Below are positions 50,739 through 60,450 of a stretch of DNA of 64,000 nt, one piece after another (the stretch's first letter is position 1; each line of letters begins with the position of its first letter). A program made the position numbers and the translations under genes. Where the stretch lies: assembly GCA_964618785.1 (NCBI GenBank), contig CAZUCY010000001.1:54169-118168 (forward strand), written 5' to 3'. This DNA is from an uncultured Ignavibacteriaceae bacterium. Lineage in GTDB: Bacteria; Bacteroidota; Ignavibacteria; Ignavibacteriales; Ignavibacteriaceae. The notes beneath the pieces were generated by a model. That model was given only the letters and a program-made list of their open reading frames with translations. It made no database searches and was not told the origin of the DNA.

Positions 50739-53039
50739 ATGGAAAAATATTTATTATTTATTCTTGTCGTTTGTAGCTTAATAAATGTTAATGCGGGCAG
50801 TACAATTAAAAAAGAATCAAAAAATTATGCGGATTATGTTAACCCATTGGTTGGAACGATTTCCGAACATCAGCTATCCAACGGAAACACGTACCCGGCA
50901 ATTGCGCTCCCATGGGGTATGAATTTCTGGTCGCCGCAAACAGGAAAGAATGGCGATGGCTGGCAGTACTCTTATGATTCGCATAAGATTATTGGCTTCA
51001 AACAAACTCATCAACCTTCCCCGTGGATCGGAGATTATGGCGCCTTTTCCATTATGCCGGAAACAGGAGAATTAAAAATAGGCGAAGATGAACGCGCTGC
51101 ATGGTTTAGCCATAAAAGAGAAACCGCAAAACCGTATTATTACCAGGCATACCTTGGTGATTATAATGTCTGGGTAGAAATCACTCCAACGGAAAGAGCC
51201 GCGCAATTTCAAATAAAATACCACGGGTTTGATAAGTCTTATCTTTTAATTGATGCATTTGATAAAGGCTCGTATGTTAAAATCCTTCCAAAAGAAAAAA
51301 AAATAATCGGCTTTTGCAGGAACAACGAAGGGGGAGTGCCGGATAATTTTCATAATTACTTTGTTATTTATTTTGATAAGGAAATCGACTCCACTTATAC
51401 ATGGAATAACGCTGAGATTCATCCTGGTTATCTTGAAGAGGAAGGCGATCATGTTGGGGCGGTAATAAAATTCAAATCTCAGGAAGATGAAATTGTCCAT
51501 CTTAAAATTGCCTCTTCTTTTATAAGCTATGAACAGGCTGAATTAAATCTTAAAAGGGAAATTGGAAACGATTCTTTCCTTCAAACAATGAACAAAGCGA
51601 AAAACATTTGGAATGAAGGTCTGGGGAAAATTGAAGCCGAAGGCGGAACTGAAGACCAGCTAAAAACTTTTTATACGGCAATTTATAGGACAATGCTGTT
51701 CCCCCGGCAATTTTTTGAATATAATAAAGAAAATAAGGCTGTTCATTACAGCCCTTATAACGGGAAAATTTTACCGGGATATATGTTTACCGATGATGGC
51801 TTCTGGGATACTTTCCGTGCTGTATTTCCTTTCTTTACAATAATGCATCGCGATCTTTGCAGCCGTATAATGCAAGGACTTGTCAATACTTATAAAGAAA
51901 GTGGCTGGCTGCCTGAATGGGCTAGCCCGGGTCATAGAGATTGTATGATCGGTTCTAATTCAGCTTCAATTATTGCCGACGCTTATTTAAAAGGTATTAG
52001 AGGCTATGACATCAATACTCTCTACGAAGCGGTATTAAAAAATTCTGAAAATGAAGGTCCCCTTAAATCTGTAGGTAGATTTGGGGTAAAATATTACAAC
52101 TCTTTAGGTTACATTCCTTATGATGTTAAAGTAAATGAAAATGCTGCAAGAACTTTGGAATATAGTTACGATGATTTCACAATTATGAAACTTGCCGAAG
52201 CATTAAAAAGACCTCAAAGTGAAATAGATAAATTTGCAAAACGCGCTCTCAATTACAGAAATGTTTTTGACCCTTCTACAAACTTTATGCGTGGAAGAAA
52301 TAAAGACGGAAGCTGGCAGTCGCCGTTTAGACCTGATAAGTGGGGCGACGCATTTACCGAAGGATGCTCTTGGCATTACACTTGGGCTGTGTTTCATGAT
52401 CCTCAAGGTCTGATAAATTTGATGGGGGGAAGAGAAAAATTTATAAATAAACTTGATTCGGTCTTTATAACTCCCCCCACTTTTGATTGCTCTTATTATA
52501 AAAGACAGATTCATGAAATTACCGAAATGGTCATCGTGGGAATGGGCCAGTACGCTCACGGGAATGAACCTGTACAGCATGGCATTTATTTGTTTAACTA
52601 CGCGGGTGAACCTTGGAAAGCTCAAAAATATGTACGCGAAACTATGGATCTTCTATATAATCCTTACCCGGATGGACTTTGTGGCGATGAAGATAACGGA
52701 CAGACTTCGGCATGGTATGTGCTCTCCGCGATGGGATTCTATTCCGTTTGTCCCGGTGCCGGGCAGTATGTTTTTGGCTCTCCTTTGTTTAATAAAATCT
52801 CTTTACATTTAGAAAATGGAAAAACATTTGTAATCAATAGTTTAAATAATTCCAGGGAAAATGTTTATATCAAGAGCGCTAAACTGAATGGAAAAAATTA
52901 CACTAAGAATTTTATAGCTCACGACGATATAATGAACGGCGGCTTGCTCGATTTTAAAATGGACAAAATACCAAACTTGAAAAGAGGAATTAATAAAGAA
53001 GATTTTCCATATTCATATTCAAATGAATTGAAAAAATAA
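50739..53039 (+). CDS. GH92 alpha-mannosidase
   Basis: Signal peptide. YVNPLVGT...PWGMNFWSPQT, GNEPVQHGIYLFNYAGEPWKAQ and GDEDNGQTSAWY. Confidence 0.9.
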   Translation: MEKYLLFILVVCSLINVNAGSTIKKESKNYADYVNPLVGTISEHQLSNGNTYPAIALPWGMNFWSPQTGKNGDGWQYSYDSHKIIGFKQTHQPSPWIGDYGAFSIMPETGELKIGEDERAAWFSHKRETAKPYYYQAYLGDYNVWVEITPTERAAQFQIKYHGFDKSYLLIDAFDKGSYVKILPKEKKIIGFCRNNEGGVPDNFHNYFVIYFDKEIDSTYTWNNAEIHPGYLEEEGDHVGAVIKFKSQEDEIVHLKIASSFISYEQAELNLKREIGNDSFLQTMNKAKNIWNEGLGKIEAEGGTEDQLKTFYTAIYRTMLFPRQFFEYNKENKAVHYSPYNGKILPGYMFTDDGFWDTFRAVFPFFTIMHRDLCSRIMQGLVNTYKESGWLPEWASPGHRDCMIGSNSASIIADAYLKGIRGYDINTLYEAVLKNSENEGPLKSVGRFGVKYYNSLGYIPYDVKVNENAARTLEYSYDDFTIMKLAEALKRPQSEIDKFAKRALNYRNVFDPSTNFMRGRNKDGSWQSPFRPDKWGDAFTEGCSWHYTWAVFHDPQGLINLMGGREKFINKLDSVFITPPTFDCSYYKRQIHEITEMVIVGMGQYAHGNEPVQHGIYLFNYAGEPWKAQKYVRETMDLLYNPYPDGLCGDEDNGQTSAWYVLSAMGFYSVCPGAGQYVFGSPLFNKISLHLENGKTFVINSLNNSRENVYIKSAKLNGKNYTKNFIAHDDIMNGGLLDFKMDKIPNLKRGINKEDFPYSYSNELKK

Positions 53040-53074
53040 TAGTTCGCAAAATTTTGTATATTTCTTTAATTAAC

Positions 53075-53113
53075 CTCCGGGGTTTGGCTTCAACCTCGGG
53101 GTTTATTCTTTCC
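53075..53113 (+). terminator. Rho-independent terminator of the GH92 gene
   Basis: Stem pairs 53075-53084 with 53092-53101 (CTCCGGGGTT / AACCTCGGGG, two G-U pairs). 7-nt loop TGGCTTC, followed by TTTATTCTTTCC. Confidence 0.6.
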
Positions 53114-53140
53114 GGAAATTGATTGAAAGAGCAATTTCCG
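53113..53140 (-). terminator. 9-bp perfect hairpin in the convergent gap; possible minus-strand terminator lacking a U-tract
   Basis: CGGAAATTG (53113-53121) pairs with CAATTTCCG (53132-53140) around a 10-nt loop. It lies 32 nt downstream of the minus-strand stop at 53172. There is no T-run on either side in the minus orientation. Confidence 0.3.
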
Positions 53141-53171
53141 CCTCACCCAATGTCCTGGCTTCGCTTGGAGC

Positions 53172-55307
53172 TCATTTCAAGAGAATCAACTTCTTAGTTT
53201 CAACAAAACTTCCGGCTTGGATTCTGTAAAAATAAATTCCGCTTGCAAACATACCTGCATTAAACTCAAAACTATAACTTCCTGCATTCTTCTCTTCATT
53301 TACCAGCGTTGTTACCTCTCGCCCAAGTATATCATAAACTTTTATTAAAACATGGCTTGCTTTAGGTAGGTTATAGCTTATTGTTGTTGATGGGTTAAAT
53401 GGATTGGGGTAATTCTGTTGCAATGAATATTCCAAATACTGGTGCACAGTACCTTGTTTAACTGTTGTTATAATTTCTGATAACGGTCGCCTCCATATTC
53501 CACTGGAAAATAAACTATCCCCGTAGACAGATTTGTTACTTTTTTTAGACATCTCTTCCGGTGAAGCCAGACCGACAAACAAATAAGTATCATTAACAAC
53601 AACAGTTTGAATATTGACTTCGCTTTCAGGGGTAACCAGGGTCCATTTTTTGCCGTTATTTGTTGAAAGAAAAACCCCCCCTAATCCAATAGTCCCTGCG
53701 AATATATTTGAATCACTTACAGCAAAAGTTGATACATTCAGGCTGGACAATCCATTATTTGCTGAACTCCAACTTGAACCGTTATTGGTGGAAAGATATA
53801 TTCCATTATTATCGCCGACTGCTGCATAGATATTAGTTCCGGATACAGCCATGGACTGAATATTACTATCTGGTAAACCATTATTAACTGGGTTCCATAT
53901 TGAACCATTATTGGTGGAAAGTAATATACCGCTTCCAAACGTGCCGGCAAAAAGATTCGACCCGCTTAAAGCAAAAACCTTTATCATCCCGTTGGTCCAG
54001 TTAATTATTGGTGACCAGTTTGCGCCATCATCCGTTGATTGATACAGCACATTACATCCAGCAATTATATTACCGCCATCCGGAATAAGTGCGGCTAAAT
54101 TGATATCCCTGTTCGCTAATGCCCAGTTGTCGCCAAAGTTTGTAGAAAGGTAGATGCCTCCGCTTGTTGATGCTATAATATTTGAATCACTAATTAATAT
54201 CGAATAAACATCTTCTACATATTCATGCCCGTAAGTTAAACCTGTATTAACCGGTACCCAGCTGTTCCCATTATCATTAGACACAAAAGCTCCTCCCTGA
54301 AAAGTACCGGCAAAAAGAGTTGAGCCGCCTGTAGTTAGTGTTTTAACTATAGGAGTCATATTGGCTGGTTTTACCCAATTGGTTCCATTGTCCGAGGTTC
54401 TAAATAGGCCTCCTCCGATCGTACCGGCATAGATATTTTGACCACTTGCCTGAAGAGCGCCAACACAAAGATTTGTTAAACCGGAATTTACTGAATTCCA
54501 GCTCCCTCCGTGATTGGTAGAAAGAAAGACGCCGCTTTGAGAAGTTCCTCCGTAGATGTTGGTTCCACTTACTGCAAAAGAAATAACATCCTGATCGGTT
54601 AGCCCGGAATCTACAGAAGTCCAGTTACTCCCTTCATTTTCTGAAAGGAAAATGCCCCCCTGGGTTCCGGCAAACAAACTTGTTCCTTCCACAACTAAAG
54701 CATTGATATATAAATTTCCCAACCCTGAATCTGCATTAATCCAGTTAGTACCATTGTTAGTTGATCGGTATATTCCACCGCCGCCGGTTCCGGCAAAAAG
54801 ATCATTACCAACTACAGCAAACGATGAGATAAACATATTGTCCAGACCTGAACTTACAGGTATCCAATTTGTTCCATAATCAGATGATAAAAAAACTCCC
54901 CCTCCGGAGGTACCTGCAAAGAGGCTGTCCCCTTTAAAAGTCATAGCCATTACACAATATGATGTGAGTCCGGTATTAACCATATTCCAGCAAATACCAT
55001 TTATATCTGCCCTATGATAAGAAGCAAATATTCCCCCTTCAGTACCTGCAAATACATTTGTATCCTGGATAGCCAAACAATTGATATGAGTGAAAACCAA
55101 TCCGTTTACAAGTCCATTATTGAAGGAGTTACCGTCGGGGACCCCCAAACTATAAACTCCGCTTTCAGTTCCTGCCAAAATTTCTGATCCATATAATGCA
55201 AGACAATGAACATTTACTTCAGTTGGACGGCCGGTTTGCACCCACTGTGCAAAACATATTTTCGTTATAACTAAAAAGAAAAATAAAATTTGTAGAAAGG
55301 ATTTCAT
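53172..55307 (-). CDS. Secreted multi-bladed BNR/Asp-box beta-propeller protein with T9SS C-terminal sorting domain
   Basis: GGAGG upstream of the minus-strand ATG. Signal peptide ...KICFAQW. Eleven S-x-D/N-x-G-x-x-W boxes: SSDYGTNW, STNNGTNW, SENEGSNW, STNHGGSW, TSDNGTNW, SNDNGNSW, STNFGDNW, STDDGANW, STNNGSIW, STNNGSSW and STNNGKKW. They sit in repeats of about 41 aa of the form (L/I)FAGT..GG(I/V)(F/Y)-S. The C-terminus QNYPNPFNPSTTISY...GIYFYRIQAGSFVETKKLILLK is a T9SS CTD. Confidence 0.8.
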   Translation of the reverse strand: MKSFLQILFFFLVITKICFAQWVQTGRPTEVNVHCLALYGSEILAGTESGVYSLGVPDGNSFNNGLVNGLVFTHINCLAIQDTNVFAGTEGGIFASYHRADINGICWNMVNTGLTSYCVMAMTFKGDSLFAGTSGGGVFLSSDYGTNWIPVSSGLDNMFISSFAVVGNDLFAGTGGGGIYRSTNNGTNWINADSGLGNLYINALVVEGTSLFAGTQGGIFLSENEGSNWTSVDSGLTDQDVISFAVSGTNIYGGTSQSGVFLSTNHGGSWNSVNSGLTNLCVGALQASGQNIYAGTIGGGLFRTSDNGTNWVKPANMTPIVKTLTTGGSTLFAGTFQGGAFVSNDNGNSWVPVNTGLTYGHEYVEDVYSILISDSNIIASTSGGIYLSTNFGDNWALANRDINLAALIPDGGNIIAGCNVLYQSTDDGANWSPIINWTNGMIKVFALSGSNLFAGTFGSGILLSTNNGSIWNPVNNGLPDSNIQSMAVSGTNIYAAVGDNNGIYLSTNNGSSWSSANNGLSSLNVSTFAVSDSNIFAGTIGLGGVFLSTNNGKKWTLVTPESEVNIQTVVVNDTYLFVGLASPEEMSKKSNKSVYGDSLFSSGIWRRPLSEIITTVKQGTVHQYLEYSLQQNYPNPFNPSTTISYNLPKASHVLIKVYDILGREVTTLVNEEKNAGSYSFEFNAGMFASGIYFYRIQAGSFVETKKLILLK

Positions 55308-55891
55308 GGTGAACCTCCGTCTGACAAGAAATATTTTTATATAACATTTCTGCTTCGGGAGAGTTATGGTTAACAGCTAAATTACCCTGCCTTAGCCCTC
55401 GCGGAGTAGTTCTAATTTACTAAATGCAACCTTAATTTATCTTATAAAAATCAAAAGTTCTTTTTATCTCTTTATTTAATATGATAGATTAGATAAACTG
55501 CGCGGTTCAATAAGATAGTGTCGTATGTTCAAGTGAAGTGCTCTTTAGGATAATCCGCTGAACCGGCTCACTGTTCATTTAATATACTGGGAAAATCGTT
55601 CCTGTAATATAAATATAAAGATTAAAGAATAAAGTTTCAACAATGTATATCCAAAATCAAAACGCTTTTACCAATAAACCAAAGATTTATACTTATATAC
55701 ATGCTAAAGCAATAAAACATAATTATACTTATTTTTCTGTTTCGCTAATTTACCATTGGTAATTAACTTAAATGCTGATTAAATGAATTTCATTTTTATG
55801 ATGATTCTTTTTTGCCTTTTTTAAAGTATCCCGGTTTTTAGCTTAATAGCGGAGCTGAATTGATAATAACGATATAATTAAGAGGTATAAA

Positions 55892-58171
55892 ATGTTGAAG
55901 AGTAGTATAAAATACTTTTTCCTTTTTGCATTTGTATTGAACATTTATGGCGGCGAGTATCCTCACAAAGTAAAACTTCCGATTGATTTCGTAAACCCGT
56001 TTATTTGTACTCAGGGGGATCACGGTCAGTGGCTTCCGGCAGCTAACGTCCCTTTCGGTCTTATTGAATTGTGTCCTGATACATATCCGGGCAGTCTTAC
56101 TGCAAACGGTGACTTTGCCCATTCGGGATATGATTATTCCGACAATCAGCTCAGGGGTTTCAGTAATTTCCATAGAGGTAGCTCGGGTGGTACTACCGTT
56201 TGTGACCGGGCTGGCTTTCTATCTGTAATTCCATATGTAAATATGCCGTCGGACACCTTCTTCATAAATCCTGTTGTTGCGTTTGATAAAAAATCAGAAA
56301 AAGCTGGAACGGGTTACTATTCCGTCCGGTTAGCGAAAGACAACATCCTGGCTGAACTTACTGCTTCGGCTCATACTGGATATCACAAGTATACTTTTGT
56401 AAAAAACAATTCTGCCCAATTGTTTTTATTTGAAGGGAATAGGTCGCGATCAAAAAATCTTTCTTGTCGTTTAACGGATAAACAAACTGTTGAAGGAGTG
56501 CAGTCTGTTTATAATGGAATTTATTTCGTGATGAAATTTAATGCCCCGGTAAAATCCACAAAGGTCTGGGACGGTAAAAAACTTGTCGGCGGCAATGCCT
56601 TAAATCAAGTTGCAGGCGGTGGATTTGTTTGCCAATTCGGCAGCCTTAAAGGAAAGCCTCTGGAAGTCAGAGTCGGAGTATCGCTTGTTTCTATTGAGGC
56701 TGCAAGAGCAAACCTTAAATCAGAAAGCCCACGTTTTAATTTTTTATCTCTCCGCGAAAAAGCTGCAAAATTATGGGAAGAAAAAATTGGTAAAATAAGA
56801 GTCGAGGGAAATGAAGAATACAAAACTATTTTTTATACTGCACTCTATCATACATGTTTTTTACCTGTTACAATTACAGATGTAGATGGAACTTATCCTG
56901 GCTTGGATAAAAAAAATCATAACGCTAAGGGTTATACTCATTTCGATGATTATTCTTTCTGGGATTCTTTCCGGACTAAATATCCATTATATAGTTTGTA
57001 CCTGCCCGGCATTTATCGTGATATCGTAAAATCGTTGCGCGATATTTATGAACAGGCAGATTGGGATAAACCTGATGGCAGCCATAAACCTCACGGTGCT
57101 GGAAACGGTTTTAGAATTTATGGGAAAAACGGATTTTTTGCTTATGATAATTGCCGTAATGAGCATATGTTAATGGTCATGACCGACGCTTACTTCAAAG
57201 GGCTTTATGATAATGATATTGATGTGAATTCTGTTTACCCCTATTTAAAAAGAGAAGCGTTAGTTCAAATGAACGAAAAGTATGATCAAATCGGTTTCAT
57301 CCCTGCACGCCCTGATCAAACCGGTGAATATTGCTGGGATAGCTGGTGCGTTGCTCAAATTGCTAAAGTTGTATGCAGCCAAACAGATTATAATTATTTT
57401 ATGAAACGTTCCAATTATTGGAAGAATACATGGGATACAAGTATTTCATTTTTCCATGCGCGGGCTAAGGATGGATCATGGCTGGATTTCCCTGAAGACC
57501 CTACGGTAAATGATGAAAAGTATACTTATGAAGGAACACAATGGCAATGGCGCTGGAATGTTATTCATGATGTTCCGGCTCTGATTGAAGCTTTCCACGG
57601 GAAAGAAAATTTTGTAAAAGAACTTAATTACTTTTTTGAGCATGACCTTTATCAGGCAGGCAACGAGCCTGACCTGCAAGCCCCGTTCCTTTTCAATTTT
57701 GCCGGCGCATCATGGCTGACACAGAAATGGACTCATAAAATTTTAACTGAACCGGTTCTACAACGTTATGGGACGCATGATTTTTTTAAGAAACCGGTTT
57801 TCAATTATATTTATAGAACAACACCGGATGGGTATCTTGATGAAATGGATGATGACTATGGATGTATGGCGGCTTGGTACGCATTGAGTGCAATGGGATT
57901 TTATCAGATGTGCCCGGGAAATCCGGTTTATCAGTTGTCTACTCCTGTATTTGATAAAGTAGTTATTATGTTGAATAATAAAATTTATCCGGGTAAAAAA
58001 TTCACTATCAAGGCAGAAAATCTAAGTAAGGAAAATTATTACATCCAATCTGCCACGCTGAACGGTAAACCTTTGAATCGTTCATGGATTTCACATGAAG
58101 AAATTACAAAAGGCGGCGAGCTTATTTATGTTCTGGGTCCCGAACCTAATAAAGTTTGGGGAAGTAAATAA
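55892..58171 (+). CDS. GH92-family alpha-mannosidase, divergent paralog
   Basis: AAGAGG upstream of ATG 55892. FVNPFICTQGDHGQWLPAANVPFGLIELCPDT, GNEPDLQAPFLFNFAGASWLTQ and EMDDDYGCMAAWY. The GH92 motifs are present but each is visibly diverged from the other three copies. Confidence 0.8.
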   Translation: MLKSSIKYFFLFAFVLNIYGGEYPHKVKLPIDFVNPFICTQGDHGQWLPAANVPFGLIELCPDTYPGSLTANGDFAHSGYDYSDNQLRGFSNFHRGSSGGTTVCDRAGFLSVIPYVNMPSDTFFINPVVAFDKKSEKAGTGYYSVRLAKDNILAELTASAHTGYHKYTFVKNNSAQLFLFEGNRSRSKNLSCRLTDKQTVEGVQSVYNGIYFVMKFNAPVKSTKVWDGKKLVGGNALNQVAGGGFVCQFGSLKGKPLEVRVGVSLVSIEAARANLKSESPRFNFLSLREKAAKLWEEKIGKIRVEGNEEYKTIFYTALYHTCFLPVTITDVDGTYPGLDKKNHNAKGYTHFDDYSFWDSFRTKYPLYSLYLPGIYRDIVKSLRDIYEQADWDKPDGSHKPHGAGNGFRIYGKNGFFAYDNCRNEHMLMVMTDAYFKGLYDNDIDVNSVYPYLKREALVQMNEKYDQIGFIPARPDQTGEYCWDSWCVAQIAKVVCSQTDYNYFMKRSNYWKNTWDTSISFFHARAKDGSWLDFPEDPTVNDEKYTYEGTQWQWRWNVIHDVPALIEAFHGKENFVKELNYFFEHDLYQAGNEPDLQAPFLFNFAGASWLTQKWTHKILTEPVLQRYGTHDFFKKPVFNYIYRTTPDGYLDEMDDDYGCMAAWYALSAMGFYQMCPGNPVYQLSTPVFDKVVIMLNNKIYPGKKFTIKAENLSKENYYIQSATLNGKPLNRSWISHEEITKGGELIYVLGPEPNKVWGSK

Positions 58172-58316
58172 TTGTTATCATTGTAAACCCGTATAAAATA
58201 ATCAATGCTTCGCAATTGTCAAATAATTATTTGAATCTGACCTTTCTCTTAGTAAAGAAATGTGTCATACTTCAAAAATAATATTTTAGAAGTTTTCATA
58301 TTTTATGGAGGTTAGC

Positions 58317-60377
58317 ATGGCTAAATTTAATAGTCTTAATTGTTTTCTTATTATTGTCCTGTGCCTTGTAATTAATGGGATTGCTTTCTGCGGCAGCTCT
58401 TCTGATCAAACTAAAGTAAGCCGCTGGGTAAAAGAAAATTTTGCCAAAGGAGTTGTTCCGCCTTTTTCATTTGTATATGAGGGAAAACCATCCGGCTCCT
58501 TTATAACAAATTGGGAATATAGTGCTGAAAAACTAAAATCAACCGGTCCGGATATTGAAGAATCAATTTATACTTATTCAGACGGGAAAAGCGGCATTGT
58601 TGTAAAATGTTCTGTCACTTGTTTTAATGATTTCAATGCAGTGGAATGGGTGGTGAGATTCAAAAATACATCTTCGCAAAATACTCCTATAATTGAGCGG
58701 GCTGCCGTTATTGACAATTCTTTTTCTTACGATCAAATTGGAACATTTATTCTTCATCATTCAAGAGGCAGCGATGCTTTGAAAAATGATTTCCAGCCGT
58801 TTGATGATAAAATGCAAATAGGAAAAAATATTTATATGACTCCAAGCCGTGGGCGCTCATCGGATGATTCAGCCTTCCCTTTTTTCAATATTGAATCTCC
58901 CGCAAAACAGGGAATTATGGTTGCGGTTGGTTGGACGGGAAAATGGTATGCTGATGTTCTGCAGCAAGACGAAAAATCGGTTTCCTTAAAATCGGGCATG
59001 GAAAATATGCATTTGACCTTATATCCGCAGGAAGAAATCCGTACGCCGAAAATTTGTTTGCTTTTTTGGCAAGGCGAAGACCGCATGATCGGGCACAACC
59101 AGTTCAGAAGATTTATTCTTGCGCATCACTCAAGAAAAATAAATGGCAAGCTGGCAGAATACCCGCTTTCTGGTGGATTTGATTATGGCGATCCCCTGCC
59201 CTGTGGTGAATACGAATGTTTGACCGAAGATTTTGCCCTTGCGCTTGTAAAACGTTATCAGCAGTTTAATATTATGCCTGAACTTTTTTGGTTAGATGCC
59301 GGGTGGTATACGGGATGCGGCTTCAATAAGGAACACGGGAAATGGGATGAAAATGTCGGTAACTGGACGGTAGATAAAGAAAGATTCCCGGACGGTCTGA
59401 GGTCAATTTCCGATTCTATTCATGCTGCCGGATGTAAATTTATGTTATGGTTTGAGCCGGAGCGGGTTCGCGAAGGAACTCAATTTTATAAAGAACATCC
59501 GGAATGGTTGTTGGGGCGTCAGGGCTCCAGGAATTTTATTTTTAATCTTGGAAATAAAGAAGCACGTTTGTGGTTAACAAATTATATCTCCGGTTTTATT
59601 AAAAAAGAAGGTATCGATTATTATCGCCAGGATTTCAACATTGATCCGAAGTCTTATTGGAAAGATAATGATACGCCTGATCGCATAGGTATCAGCGAAG
59701 AAAAGCATATAGAGGGCTTATATGCTTTTTGGGATAGCTTACTTGTTCGTTTTCCAAACCTTATTATTGATAATTGCGCAAGCGGCGGGCGCCGGATTGA
59801 TCTGGAAACAGTTTCCCGCAGCGCGCCATTTTGGCGTTCTGATTACCAGTATGGCGAACCTAATGGTTACCAATGTCATGCATACGGGTTAAATTTCTAT
59901 TTGCCTGTCCATGGCACAGCTGTTTACAAAACTGATAACTTTTCTTTTAGATCAAGCTTAGGAGCTACTATGGTGATGGCTTGGGAGATTACTGGAAAAA
60001 ACGATGAACCTATCAATGATATTCAAAAGTGTATGAGCGAATTTAAAAGATTACGTCCCTACTTTTACGGCGATTATTATCCTCTGACCGAAGCTGCGAA
60101 TCATTATATGGGGAATAGTTCCTGGTTGGCTTATCAATTAAATCGTCCTGAACAGAAGGACGGAATTATTTTAGCTTTCCGCCGCGAGGACGTAACAAAT
60201 GAATCGATTCGAATTAATCTTAGGGGATTGGATGAGAATGCTAATTACGAAATGTACTATGAAGATTATGGGCTCCGTGTTTATGATACCGGGAAAAAAC
60301 TTATGGATGGTATTGATATAATGATTCCAACAAAGCCTGCTTCCTTGTTAATAAGTTATAAGAAAGTTGAAAATTGA
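58317..60377 (+). CDS. GH36-like alpha-galactosidase-family lipoprotein
   Basis: GGAGG at 58307-58311 favours ATG 58317 over ATG 58305. Lipobox-like ...NGIAFCGSSS. ELFWLDAGWY, KFMLWFEPERV, IDYYRQDFN and IIDNCASGGRRIDLE parallel the GH36 DDGW, KWD-N and C-x-SGG-R-D motifs. Confidence 0.65.
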   Translation: MAKFNSLNCFLIIVLCLVINGIAFCGSSSDQTKVSRWVKENFAKGVVPPFSFVYEGKPSGSFITNWEYSAEKLKSTGPDIEESIYTYSDGKSGIVVKCSVTCFNDFNAVEWVVRFKNTSSQNTPIIERAAVIDNSFSYDQIGTFILHHSRGSDALKNDFQPFDDKMQIGKNIYMTPSRGRSSDDSAFPFFNIESPAKQGIMVAVGWTGKWYADVLQQDEKSVSLKSGMENMHLTLYPQEEIRTPKICLLFWQGEDRMIGHNQFRRFILAHHSRKINGKLAEYPLSGGFDYGDPLPCGEYECLTEDFALALVKRYQQFNIMPELFWLDAGWYTGCGFNKEHGKWDENVGNWTVDKERFPDGLRSISDSIHAAGCKFMLWFEPERVREGTQFYKEHPEWLLGRQGSRNFIFNLGNKEARLWLTNYISGFIKKEGIDYYRQDFNIDPKSYWKDNDTPDRIGISEEKHIEGLYAFWDSLLVRFPNLIIDNCASGGRRIDLETVSRSAPFWRSDYQYGEPNGYQCHAYGLNFYLPVHGTAVYKTDNFSFRSSLGATMVMAWEITGKNDEPINDIQKCMSEFKRLRPYFYGDYYPLTEAANHYMGNSSWLAYQLNRPEQKDGIILAFRREDVTNESIRINLRGLDENANYEMYYEDYGLRVYDTGKKLMDGIDIMIPTKPASLLISYKKVEN

Positions 60378-60450
60378 TTAAAATATTTATCGGGATATTA
60401 TTCTGCTCCGATAGCTGTAATTTTGATTTAAACTGTATTTGGAGTTTCTT

